The position numbers and the translations under genes were made by a program. 47,281 nucleotides of DNA from an uncultured virus (IMG/VR IMGVR_UViG_2061766007_000513) (taxonomy: Duplodnaviria; Heunggongvirae; Uroviricota; Caudoviricetes): the IMG/VR virus record IMGVR_UViG_2061766007_000513; one strand, written 5' to 3'. Positions 1 to 9,842 of this stretch are shown one piece after another; position 1 is the stretch's first letter, and the number at the start of each line of letters is the position of its first letter. Below the pieces are notes generated by a model. That model did no database searches, was not told where the DNA came from, and saw only the letters and a list, made by a program, of their open reading frames with translations.

Positions 1-1
1 C

Positions 2-664
2 AGAACCGTTGATTCAGTAACCAATGGATTTGACAATGCTGCAATTACAAGTCAGCTTGGTGACATCCAGGGTGCTATTACCAATGGTTTCGCTAACAAT
101 GCTACTGCACTTTGTGGAGGGTTCGCCGGTGTAAATGCAACCGTAAATTCTGCACAAAACGCAATAGCTAATCAGCTTTACACAAATCAGATAGCGGATA
201 TGAATCAGAGATTTACTGACACTATTACTCAGACAAATCAAATGAATAATCTTGCTTCTTGTCTTCAGAATTGCTGCTGTGAGAATAGAGCAGGTTTAGC
301 AGATCTGAAGTACACAGTGGCTACTGAGAATTGCGCCGATCGTGCAGCTGTAGCTGATGGTATTCGTGATGTAATTGCTGCTCAGACTGCTTCAACACAG
401 AAGATCCTTGATCAGCTTTGCCAGGATAAGATCGATGCTAAGAATGACGAGATTGCAAGACTTCGTCAGGAAGTAGCTATGAAAGATCTGGCAGCATCAC
501 AGACTGCTCAGAATGCATTTATTCAGGCAGGTTTCTCGAATGAAGTAGATCAGCTTTACAACAGGCTGAATAACTGTCCAGTACCTTCTACCCCGGTTTA
601 CGGAAGGACGCCTATCTTCACTTGCAATAATAATGGATTTGCAGGTTGTGGATGCGGTGCATAA
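2..664 (+). CDS. Cys-cluster (CCC/GCGC) predicted coiled-coil protein of a phage accessory cassette, copy 1; 5' end lies outside the window
   Basis: Frame open from base 2 (..NGFDNAAITSQLG..LCGGFAGVNA) into ORF 200..664; motifs QNCCCENR and C-terminal NCPVPSTPVYG..GCGCGA; paralog at 8820..9561. Confidence 0.8.
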   Translation, partial: RTVDSVTNGFDNAAITSQLGDIQGAITNGFANNATALCGGFAGVNATVNSAQNAIANQLYTNQIADMNQRFTDTITQTNQMNNLASCLQNCCCENRAGLADLKYTVATENCADRAAVADGIRDVIAAQTASTQKILDQLCQDKIDAKNDEIARLRQEVAMKDLAASQTAQNAFIQAGFSNEVDQLYNRLNNCPVPSTPVYGRTPIFTCNNNGFAGCGCGA

Positions 665-675
665 GGAGGTAGACT

Positions 676-1131
676 ATGGCGGCTGAATATTTAGCAAATG
701 CACAACAGAGTGTTAGTCTTAATGCTCCTGTTATCTTTACTGCTTCTATACCCTGTCAGAAGGGATATGTTTATCACGAAGACGAAACTGGTATTTTTAT
801 TCTCCGAGGAATAGTTAATAATCCTTGTGCAAACTTTGCAACTTACAGATGCACTTTCAATGCAAATATAGCTTTACCTGAAGGAGGAACTGTTGCTCCT
901 ATAGCAGTTGCTATTACAACAAATGGAGAACAGAGACCTACTAGTAAAGCTGTGTTTACACCGGCAGCTGTTGAAGAATTTGGTAATGTTACATGTACTG
1001 CTATTATCAAAGTACCGAGATGTTGTTGCTTTAATCTCTCTGTTGAAGCAGTTCCTGCGAACACTACTGATACTCCTGCACCTGCTATTATTGTTGAGAA
1101 TAGTAACTTTGTAATTGACAGAATTGCATAA
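676..1131 (+). CDS. Small beta-rich cassette protein (possibly BclA-CTD/TNF-like fold), copy 1
   Basis: AGGAGG RBS, 151 aa ORF, motifs YHEDETG, ANIALPEGGTV, TPAAVEE; paralog at 8349..8807; fold is inference. Confidence 0.75.
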   Translation: MAAEYLANAQQSVSLNAPVIFTASIPCQKGYVYHEDETGIFILRGIVNNPCANFATYRCTFNANIALPEGGTVAPIAVAITTNGEQRPTSKAVFTPAAVEEFGNVTCTAIIKVPRCCCFNLSVEAVPANTTDTPAPAIIVENSNFVIDRIA

Positions 1132-1151
1132 AGAAAGGAGAGAAAATCAAA

Positions 1152-1576
1152 ATGGGTAGTGAACTTTATAGAGAGCTTGAAAGAACATGCAAGAGAACCG
1201 AAAAGGAACTTCATGATCTTAATGACAGGCTTGAACAGAACAAAAACATGATGTCACCTGCAGATCTCGATATTCTTGTTAAGATTACAGACATTATTAA
1301 AGATGTTAAATCTACAATGAAGAAAATTGATGAGATGGAGATGATGGAAGATGGTTACTCTGGCAGAATGTATGATGGAATGAATTACTCTGGTACGTAT
1401 ATGACACAGCCTATGNNNNNNNNNNTGGAAGATATTCTGGTGCTAGAGGCACGAACAGAAGCTACTCAAGAAATTCAGAACGAGAGAATATGAGAGCAGA
1501 ACTTGATGATATGCTCACTAATGCTCGTGATGATAGAGAAGCTGAAACCATAAGAAAAATCATGAACAGACTTTAA
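1152..1576 (+). CDS. Helical N-terminus plus YSG/YSR-rich low-complexity cassette protein, copy 1 (spans a gap)
   Basis: AAAGGAG RBS; after the gap the sequence reads GRYSGARGTNRSYSR..RKIMNRL* ending at TAA 1574-1576; near-identical copy at 7997..8270 (-). Confidence 0.75.
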
Positions 1577-1583
1577 TTAAAAA

Positions 1584-1638
1584 GCTTAGGGACCAGGATT
1601 GGTGGTCTGAAAATGGGGTTCGATTCCCCACCTAAGCC
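1584..1638 (+). ncRNA. Minimal tRNA-like element (acceptor stem, one hairpin, canonical T arm)
   Basis: GCTTAGG(1584-90) pairs CCTAAGC(1631-37); GACCA/TGGTC hairpin 1591-1607; TGGGG-TTCGATT-CCCCA T arm 1614-1630; intergenic. Confidence 0.65.
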
Positions 1639-1664
1639 TTACTAAAAATATGGGAGGAAAGTGT

Positions 1665-4211
1665 ATGAAGCCATTATATGTAAAAAAGAATGGAGTAGTT
1701 TACAGGGTATCTGGTACTGGTATACCAAGTATATATCCTGCAGCAAATGTAGAATATGATAATACTGTAACCAGTGAACTACAAGCTACTGATGTACAAG
1801 ATGCTATTGATGAACTCAGTACAAGACAAGGTGGAGTACAATCCGACTGGGACGAAGACGATACTACTGAATTAAGTTATATTCAGAATAAACCTAATCT
1901 TGGAACCGCAGCATTTAAAGATGTTCCGGCTTCTGGTGATGCTGGTTTTACTCAAGTTGTATTAGGTAAAGATACAAGATTAACTTACTATGATAGAAAT
2001 AGATACGATGCTTCAGTTAAATGTAGTACTAATATCGTTGAAGGTAATATTATTGTTGGTTTAAATGGTTTATATCATCATTTAAATGATGGTACTGTGT
2101 TTGATATAACTTATCCTATACTTTATGCTAAAAATAATATGGCTGCTGGTGCTGCTAATAAGTCTAATTATGATTCTTTAGCCATAGATATAACAATAAC
2201 TCAGCAGATGACTTTAACTCAGTTTTTACCAGTATATATTAAAGGTAGACTAAGCGGTAATTTGTTTAATCCAATCAGTACAACACCATTAACGCAAGAA
2301 ATGTCACAAGATGGTTATCATTATATGTTACTTGGTTTAGCAAGTACCACAACAAATATGTATTTATTCCATGATCATAGAATTTTTGCAAATAATGGTG
2401 GAAGTTTCTGTGAAATTGTTGGTAACTTAGGAACTGCGGCATATAAAGATATTCCTGTTTCAGGTAATGCTAGTATATATCAGGTCGTAACAGGCGGCGA
2501 TACAAGATTATCCGATGCTCGTCCTGCTAGTGATGTCAGTGCTTGGGCTAAGGAATCTACAAAACCTACATATACTGCCTCTGAAGTTGGTGCTATTGCG
2601 ACTACAGCTAAAGGTACTGCAAATGGTGTTGCTGAGTTGGATGATGCTGGTAAAGTTCCTAGTTCACAACTTCCTTCCTTCGTTGACGATGTTATAGAGG
2701 TTGCTGATTACGATCATCTTCCTATAACTGGTGAAAGCGGTAAAATCTATGTTACTCTTGACACAAATAAAACCTATCGATGGACTGGTAGTGGTTATGC
2801 TGAAATCTCAGAATCATTAGCTTTAGGTGAAACATCATCTACAGCTTATAGAGGTGATAGAGGTAAAACTGCATATGATCATTCTCAGGATTCTGGTAGA
2901 ATTACTTCGGCTGTAAGTTCCGGATTATATAAATTTAGTGCTACAGCTGAAGGTCATATCTCTGGAACTACTGCAGTTCAGAAGAGCGATATTACAGCTT
3001 TAGGTATTCCTGCTCAGGATACAACTTATGGAGTTGTTAGTAAGACTGCTAATGGTTTAGCTCCGCAGTTACCTAATGAAACAACTACAACAAAATATTT
3101 AAGACAAGATGGAAGCTGGCAAGTTCCTCCTGATAATAATACGACATATAGCGCTGGAAATGGATTAACATTAACAGGAACATCTTTTAATGTCGGTAAG
3201 CGATGGAATGCCGTAACACAAGGTCAAAAATGGTCACGATTATATTTAGCGACTCCTGTAAATCTTACAGAAGGAACAAGTGGTATTCTTGCAGTATCTT
3301 GTACTAGAGGTTCTACAGTATGTAATGCCACTTTTCTTATAACAACATCACATGCTGGCGCAACATATAGTAATACTATAGAATTGGCATCTTGCAATTA
3401 CACTCAAATTCGAAGTAGAATAGTTGTAAATTCAAATGGATTGTATTATTTTGAAATATATGATGATAAAACAAGCATTGCTGTTGGAACTGCTCAAACT
3501 TGGCATTGTTGTTTTATTCCGTTATTAGATACTACTTTAACTTGTTATACAACATTTACTGATGGTACAACAGTTCCAAGTGGATATACTGCCGGTAATG
3601 ATTTTACAACAACAGCTGGTAATACTGCATCTGCTATAAAAAATATTACTAGAAGTGGGACAACATTTACAGCAACAAGACAAGACGGTTCAACCTTTAC
3701 ATTTACGCAACAAGATTCTACAACAGATAATACAAAAGTTCCTTTAAGAACTAATGGGTATGGATATACTCCAGCATTATCTGCATATTGGGGAGGTAGT
3801 GGCGGTAANNNNNNNNNNNNNNNNNNNNNNNGTATGATTTATTTAGAATTATCTCTAAGAATATATAATACTCAACAACATGGAAAAGTATTAGTTAGAG
3901 GCCAATGGTCTAGTTCAGCTAATTGGAATGAATTAAAAGCTATTCTAGTTGGCGATTTAATTAAAAATGCAAATTTGCAAGTATATGCTAGCGATAAAAA
4001 ATATATATATGTTTACTGCAATTATACGTATGTAACTTTATCTGTTGATAAAATGTTAGTTGGCGATAATGCCACTTCTTATGATTTATCAGAGATTAGT
4101 TTGGATACTACAAGCGCATTGCCGTCAACGTACCAAACTGCAACTATGGCAATAACAAATGCTGGTAATGCTGAAACAGTTAATGGTCTAACATTGTCAT
4201 TAGTAACATAA
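1665..4211 (+). CDS. Tail fibre-like protein
   Basis: GGGAGG RBS before ATG 1665; fibre-type motifs DVQDAIDEL, SDVSAWAK..KPTYTASEVGA, NGVAELDDAGKVPSSQLPSFVDDV, LGETSSTAYRGDRG; Thr/Gly-rich; one internal gap. Confidence 0.7.
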   Translation: MKPLYVKKNGVVYRVSGTGIPSIYPAANVEYDNTVTSELQATDVQDAIDELSTRQGGVQSDWDEDDTTELSYIQNKPNLGTAAFKDVPASGDAGFTQVVLGKDTRLTYYDRNRYDASVKCSTNIVEGNIIVGLNGLYHHLNDGTVFDITYPILYAKNNMAAGAANKSNYDSLAIDITITQQMTLTQFLPVYIKGRLSGNLFNPISTTPLTQEMSQDGYHYMLLGLASTTTNMYLFHDHRIFANNGGSFCEIVGNLGTAAYKDIPVSGNASIYQVVTGGDTRLSDARPASDVSAWAKESTKPTYTASEVGAIATTAKGTANGVAELDDAGKVPSSQLPSFVDDVIEVADYDHLPITGESGKIYVTLDTNKTYRWTGSGYAEISESLALGETSSTAYRGDRGKTAYDHSQDSGRITSAVSSGLYKFSATAEGHISGTTAVQKSDITALGIPAQDTTYGVVSKTANGLAPQLPNETTTTKYLRQDGSWQVPPDNNTTYSAGNGLTLTGTSFNVGKRWNAVTQGQKWSRLYLATPVNLTEGTSGILAVSCTRGSTVCNATFLITTSHAGATYSNTIELASCNYTQIRSRIVVNSNGLYYFEIYDDKTSIAVGTAQTWHCCFIPLLDTTLTCYTTFTDGTTVPSGYTAGNDFTTTAGNTASAIKNITRSGTTFTATRQDGSTFTFTQQDSTTDNTKVPLRTNGYGYTPALSAYWGGSGGXXXXXXXXXMIYLELSLRIYNTQQHGKVLVRGQWSSSANWNELKAILVGDLIKNANLQVYASDKKYIYVYCNYTYVTLSVDKMLVGDNATSYDLSEISLDTTSALPSTYQTATMAITNAGNAETVNGLTLSLVT

Positions 4212-4240
4212 ATTACATTNNNNNNNNNNNNNNNTTCAAA

Positions 4241-5542
4241 ATGGGCAGAAAAATTGAAGGAATAACAGTAGTGTCACCTATGTGGGGTGAAACAAAGATT
4301 ACGGATCGTATGGTCTTCTCTGTAATACATCAATATTTAGGTAAAGATGAACCTATCAATGTTGAATTGGTATTAGTTGATGATTACTTAGAAGGCCGCG
4401 GTCCTAATGATGAAAGTGCTTATGAGTATTATACTTCTGAGGAATTTAAGAAGTTCTATGATACTGAGCATATTTCTATCAAGATAATAAAAAACAAAGA
4501 GCATAAGTATCAAGGCGAAAGTAGAGAAATTGGATTCTTAGCTGGTAAATATGATTGGTTTATATTAGTTGATTGTGATGATATGCTTGCTCCTAATGCT
4601 TGCGATCGTTATAGATATATAATCAATACATATTACGAAAATGATGAACAGTTCACTCAGGATAAAAAAGAACTCGCTTTTGTCTGTGGATATTTATACT
4701 CTTTCGGAGAACATGGATATGAGAATAACATTATTGGTGAATCCATTTGGGTTCAGGCAAGATGTTATAATAGAGAGTTTATAAAACTTAATGAAGTTCA
4801 CTTTCCTACAGGTACAAATTCAAGACAAGGTGAAGATTATCCGTTTATTCGAAAACTCGATTATGCTTTAAGGCATCTTGAAGATAAATGGACATCTGTT
4901 AAAGTTCCATATAATAATGGTGTTGACTGTCAGGCTACTGCATTCTGGTGGCCCAATGATGATTCATTAAGTAGAAAAGACCCTCATTATGGGCATCATT
5001 TAGCTGGTTGGACAATGGCCTCAAGTAATTCTATATTAGATTATTTTATGGAATTTAATAAGAAACATAACATAGAAGAGCAAGAAGACGAAGCAATGAA
5101 GCATGAAGTTCTCAATATGACTGTTTATGCTTTTTATAATCTTCTTGATTTCTTAAGAGAAGTAGCAGCAACAGATTATAAACCTTTGAAAGAAGATTGG
5201 AATATTCTTAAAAAGTCAGTTAGTTTACTTAAAGGTAAATTAAAAGATGTATTCTGGGATGAGATTGTATACTCTGATGTCGAAGATACTTTATTTCAAG
5301 TTAAACATTATTCTGATGTACATTTCTGTGAATCGTGGTTTGGAACATTCTATGATTTCATAAATAAAGGATTTATAATCAAAATGGGTAGTATTAAGAA
5401 AGACATTCTTGATTTAACATATGATGAGATGTTTAAATACTGCAAATCATTACAATTTGATGGAGCAGGTCATGAGATGCATTCTAAACAAGTTAAAGCT
5501 TGGAAAAAGAGACACCCAAATTTCAAAATACCAAAAGAATAA
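4241..5542 (+). CDS. Glycosyltransferase, GT2/GT-A fold
   Basis: ITVVSPMW..ELVLVDD N-terminus, G..REIG, DxD-type FILVDCDD, GED motif. Confidence 0.8.
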   Translation: MGRKIEGITVVSPMWGETKITDRMVFSVIHQYLGKDEPINVELVLVDDYLEGRGPNDESAYEYYTSEEFKKFYDTEHISIKIIKNKEHKYQGESREIGFLAGKYDWFILVDCDDMLAPNACDRYRYIINTYYENDEQFTQDKKELAFVCGYLYSFGEHGYENNIIGESIWVQARCYNREFIKLNEVHFPTGTNSRQGEDYPFIRKLDYALRHLEDKWTSVKVPYNNGVDCQATAFWWPNDDSLSRKDPHYGHHLAGWTMASSNSILDYFMEFNKKHNIEEQEDEAMKHEVLNMTVYAFYNLLDFLREVAATDYKPLKEDWNILKKSVSLLKGKLKDVFWDEIVYSDVEDTLFQVKHYSDVHFCESWFGTFYDFINKGFIIKMGSIKKDILDLTYDEMFKYCKSLQFDGAGHEMHSKQVKAWKKRHPNFKIPKE

Positions 5543-5557
5543 AGGAGATGAGAAGAT

Positions 5558-6946
5558 ATGAGACTACAGGTTGTTTCTTCAAATAGCACATATTACTGGT
5601 CTGTGACTAATGCAGTCCCTGCTAAGCCATATCTTCCAATTGCTTCTGGAGCTAATACGTATTATATACCTCTCACTACAGCAACAAGAGCTGGAATTAA
5701 GTTAAAAGTTCAATCTGGTAATACAACATATAGAGCTGCAGTATATGAATCTGGTTACTATAATACTACTAGTGCTGCTGTTGGCAATTTATCGAGTACT
5801 ACAGCTTTAACTAGAGCAAGTACTTCAGCTACATTAACCAGAGCTTCTACGAGTGCTACTCTTACAAGGGCTAGTACTTCAGCTACATTAACCAGAGCTT
5901 CTACAAGTGCTACTCTTACAAGGGCTAGTACTTCAGCTACATATACACGTTCATCTATATCTGGTTATGGTACTAGATCTTCTATATCTGGTTATGCTAC
6001 TGCAGCGAGTCGTGTTAATTATAATACTACAGTATTTACTAGAACAACTAGTAAAATTGGTAATAATATTTATACACGTAATTTTGCATATGATGCAGAA
6101 TATCTAGGAAAATATACTATTACTGGATGGAATGAAAGAGTATCAGGTAATATAATTATAGAAAAAGATCTTAGTTGGAATGGCGGNNNNNNNNNNNNNN
6201 NNNNNNNNNNNNNNNNNNNNNNNNNNNNNNNNNNNNNNNNNNNNNNNNNNNNNNNNNNNNNNNNNNNNNNNNNNNNNNNNNNNNNNNNNNNNNNNNNNNN
6301 NNNNNNNNNNNNNNNNNNNNNNNNNNNNNNNNNNNNNNNNTTTACACCAGCAGGACGTATGCCATATGGTAATTCAAGATGGACATATTATGCACAGACT
6401 ATACAAGCAACGTCAACCTCCAGCCGATATTCTTGGACAAATTGGAATTTTGATACTAATGCCGCGACTCAAACAAAAAATATGACAACAAAACCTACAG
6501 GAACTGCTAGTACAATAACATCTGCATCTTTAGTATATTATGGAAATATGTTTACTACAGATTATACTGGCACTAGTGAAGTTGATATACCTAATGTATA
6601 TCATTCAAGTTATGCTGCTTGGGTTACAGTAACATATACTAGATTAGCACACTTTAATTATATGGAAGCTCGAGTTGCTGATGTAGTAGCTACATATAGT
6701 ACTAAAGCGGTAACGACGGCTACTTTAACTAGAGCTAGTACATCCGCTACATATACAAGAGCTTCGGCGTCGGCTTATGGAACTAGATCTTCTATATCAG
6801 GTTACGGAACACGTTCTTCTATAAGTGGTTATGGAACACGTTCTTCTATTTCTGGTTATGCTACCAGGTCTTCAATAAGTGGTTATGGGACACGTGCTTC
6901 TACATCAGGTTATAGTGGAAAATTATCAAGTTCAAAATGGGCATGA
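5558..6946 (+). CDS. Ser/Thr-rich protein with two 7x9-aa repeat arms flanking a unique central domain; putative fibre/adhesin
   Basis: AGGAG RBS; TLTRASTSA and YGTRSSISG repeats; internal gap. Confidence 0.75.
   Translation: MRLQVVSSNSTYYWSVTNAVPAKPYLPIASGANTYYIPLTTATRAGIKLKVQSGNTTYRAAVYESGYYNTTSAAVGNLSSTTALTRASTSATLTRASTSATLTRASTSATLTRASTSATLTRASTSATYTRSSISGYGTRSSISGYATAASRVNYNTTVFTRTTSKIGNNIYTRNFAYDAEYLGKYTITGWNERVSGNIIIEKDLSWNGXXXXXXXXXXXXXXXXXXXXXXXXXXXXXXXXXXXXXXXXXXXXXXXXXXXXFTPAGRMPYGNSRWTYYAQTIQATSTSSRYSWTNWNFDTNAATQTKNMTTKPTGTASTITSASLVYYGNMFTTDYTGTSEVDIPNVYHSSYAAWVTVTYTRLAHFNYMEARVADVVATYSTKAVTTATLTRASTSATYTRASASAYGTRSSISGYGTRSSISGYGTRSSISGYATRSSISGYGTRASTSGYSGKLSSSKWA
5804..5992 (+). 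repeat. Seven 27-bp coding tandem repeats (N-terminal arm)
   Basis: ALTRASTSA, 4x TLTRASTSA, TYTRSSISG, YGTRSSISG. Confidence 0.9.
6722..6910 (+). repeat. Seven 27-bp coding tandem repeats (C-terminal arm)
   Basis: TLTRASTSA, TYTRASASA, 3x YGTRSSISG, YATRSSISG, YGTRASTSG. Confidence 0.9.
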
Positions 6947-6957
6947 AGGAGATATAT

Positions 6958-7779
6958 ATGAATATAAAAATATATAATTGTTTTCATGATCATGGTTCTA
7001 TACCTAATGAAAAGTATTATTCAGATATTAGACCTTCATTATTATGCGGAGCAGATGTTGAATGGAGAAATACTCGAGATATTATTTGTAATTTCAAAGA
7101 TAATATTGGAGAAAATATATCCAAAGAAAATGAAGAATATTCAGAACTTACCGGATACTATTGGATTTGGAAAAATGATAAAGATTCTGATATAATTGGT
7201 ATAGAGCATTATAGAAGACATTTTATATTTAATCAAGATCCTATAATACTTTTAGATGATAAAGATATTATAGAGTTGCTGAAAACTAGTGATTTCATAA
7301 TACCATTACATGAGAACTTATTTGATATTAATGTATATGATTTACATAAAATATGTTTTGAAGATTTAGCAGATGATTCTATTCAATTTATGAAAAGATA
7401 TTTTGAGTCTACTAATCAACCAGAATATATGAATGCAATTTATGATGTTTTATCAAATAATTACTTGATACATGGCAATATGCTAATTACGACAAGAGAT
7501 AATTTTAATAATTATTGTAAAGTAATGTTTGGCATGATAGATTATATGAAAGCTAATAATATGAAATTAAATAAATATGGAAGAACTTGGGGATATATAA
7601 CTGAGATGTTTCCATTAATTTATTTCAAAGCGAATAATAAATCATTTACTGAAGTACCTATAATAATCAGTGAATTTGATGAATCTGGTAAAGAAACAAT
7701 TGTAATACCAGAAATTCATGAAGAAGCAGTATTAACAAAAGATCGAGATGAACAAATCTCATATTTTAAAAGCTTATGA
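6958..7779 (+). CDS. DUF4422 (GT111-like) putative glycosyltransferase
   Basis: AAGGAG RBS before ATG 6958; motif DNIGENIS.EN..YSELTGYYWIWKN..IIGIEHYRR. Confidence 0.8.
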   Translation: MNIKIYNCFHDHGSIPNEKYYSDIRPSLLCGADVEWRNTRDIICNFKDNIGENISKENEEYSELTGYYWIWKNDKDSDIIGIEHYRRHFIFNQDPIILLDDKDIIELLKTSDFIIPLHENLFDINVYDLHKICFEDLADDSIQFMKRYFESTNQPEYMNAIYDVLSNNYLIHGNMLITTRDNFNNYCKVMFGMIDYMKANNMKLNKYGRTWGYITEMFPLIYFKANNKSFTEVPIIISEFDESGKETIVIPEIHEEAVLTKDRDEQISYFKSL

Positions 7780-7948
7780 ATATACGAATATATATTGCAA
7801 TGCACAAACCAAACAATTATGTTTTAAAGATAAAAAATCCAATATATATTCCTATACAATGCGGTAGATCTGTTAATGGAAATTTTAATAATTCTTCTGA
7901 TTTCTTACCTGAACTCGGTGATGATACTGGAGATAATATATCAATGAA
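7776..7948 (+). CDS. Second DUF4422-like glycosyltransferase, N-terminal fragment truncated by a gap
   Basis: MNIRIYIAMHK..YIPIQCG..GDDTGDNIS; ATGA overlap with previous stop. Confidence 0.7.
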
Positions 7949-7996
7949 NNNNNNNNNNNNNNNNNNNNNNNNNNNNNNNNNNNNNNNNNNNNNNNN

Positions 7997-8270
7997 CTCT
8001 GTTCATACCTCTAGCACCAGAATATCTTCCGTCTCCGGTTTCTAAGGTATAGTTTCCTCTGTAGGAATTTCCAGAATAACCCATACGTCTATCCCACATA
8101 GGCTGTGTCATATACGTACCAGAGTAATTCATTCCATCATACATTCCAGAGTAACCATCTTCCATCATCTCCATCTCATCGATCTTCTTCATTGTAGATT
8201 TAACATCTTTAATAATGTCAGTAATCTTAACAAGAATATCGAGATCTGCAGGTGACATCATGTTTTTGTT
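7997..8270 (-). CDS. YSG-rich cassette protein, copy 2 (internal fragment between gaps)
   Basis: NKNMMSPADLDILVKITDIIKDVKSTMKKIDEMEMMEDGYSG is identical to copy 1. Confidence 0.75.
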
Positions 8271-8348
8271 NNNNNNNNNNNNNNNNNNNNNNNNNNNNNN
8301 NNNNNNNNNNNNNNNNNNNNNNNNNNNNNNNNNNNNNNNNNNNNNNNN

Positions 8349-8807
8349 NNATGCCTTATCTATGACAATATTAGCATTAGATACCGTTATAGGTTGTGTA
8401 GATATATTTCTAATAGAAACATTGCTACATGTACAAATATAAGGTACCTGAGCTATTACGCTAACACTAACATTGAATGGCTCTTCTACAGCAGCGGGTG
8501 TAACTTCCATAATGGCACTAGGATCTATCTCACCATCAACTACTAAAGCTAATGAGATGGTTTCAACAGTACCACCAGTAGGAATTTCAATATTTGCACC
8601 GAAGCTTACCAAATAATTACTGTTTCTTTTCCAGCACTGACAAACATTCAAGTTCTGTCTAAAGAAACGATTGACAAGCCTAAATATACCAGAACCGTCC
8701 CTGTGATATATTAATCCTTCACGGCACGGCGCTGGTGATTCGTTAAATATAACGCTGGCACCTGCAGCTACAAGTTGATCAGCGCTATTGCTGTATTCAG
8801 CTGACAT
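8349..8807 (-). CDS. Small beta-rich cassette protein, copy 2 (stop codon in the gap)
   Basis: AGGAGG RBS; MSAEY..YHRDGSG..GANIEIPTGGTV..TPAAVEE..NANIVIDKA. Confidence 0.75.
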
Positions 8808-8819
8808 AAAAGCACCTCC

Positions 8820-9561
8820 TTATGCTACACCAGAGCAACCGCATCCAGCATAACCGCCATTACCGCAGTTGAAAATTGGTGTTTTGCCATAAACAGGTAC
8901 AGTTCCTACAGGACAGCTATTGAGCCTATTGTAAAGGGCGTCAACTTCGTTCGCAAATCCCTGAGTAATGAGAGTATTCTGAGCACTCTGGCTAGCAGCA
9001 CGGTTAGCTTCATTAAGCTGAGTTCTAAGATTATCATTCTCTCTCTTATAACCATCGAGCTCAAGCTGGCAAAGCTTATCAAGAATTGCCTGAGTACTTC
9101 TAGTAGTAGAGTCAATAATATCTCTAGTATTAGTAGCATCGGCCATTCTTGTTGCATTAGCTTCATTACTAATCAGATTCTGGCTCTGACATGTTGCTAA
9201 TCTGTTATCACAGCAGCACTGAGCAAGCTGAGACTGAAGATTCATAAAGCCCTGAGTATTTGCAGTCTGCGATGCAAAGCTTCTCTCAAGATCTGAAATC
9301 TGATTTGTGTAAAGCTGGTTAGCAATAGCATTCTGAGCGCCATTAATAGAAGCATTGACTCCTGCAAAACCACCACAAAGAGCAGTCTGCACATCACCAA
9401 AACCACTGGTAATATTGTTCTGAATACCATTAATCCCATCATTAATCATAGCATCTCTAAAGCCATTATTAGTGTTGGCATTAATATTATTCTGACCATT
9501 AAGAAGCCAAGGGAAATCATAGCCAAGCTGGTTGTTTCCACCGAAGCCATTGCCCCAGCCT
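8820..9561 (-). CDS. Cys-cluster coiled-coil cassette protein, copy 2 (5' end in the gap)
   Basis: Frame open up to the gap (GWGNGFGGNN..); AQCCCDNR and GCGCSG motifs. Confidence 0.8.
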
Positions 9562-9842
9562 NNNNNNNNNNNNNNNNNNNNNNNNNNNNNNNNNNNNNNN
9601 NNNNNNNNNNNNNNNNNNNNNNNNNNNNNNNNNNNNNNNNNNNNNNNNNNNNNNNNNNNNNNNNNNNNNNNNNNNNNNNNNNNNNNNNNNNNNNNNNNNN
9701 NNNNNNNNNNNNNNNNNNNNNNNNNNNNNNNNNNNNNNNNNNNNNNNNNNNNNNNNNNNNNNNNNNNNNNNNNNNNNNNNNNNNNNNNNNNNNNNNNNNN
9801 NNNNNNNNNNNNNNNNNNNNNNNNNNNNNNNNNNNNNNNNNN

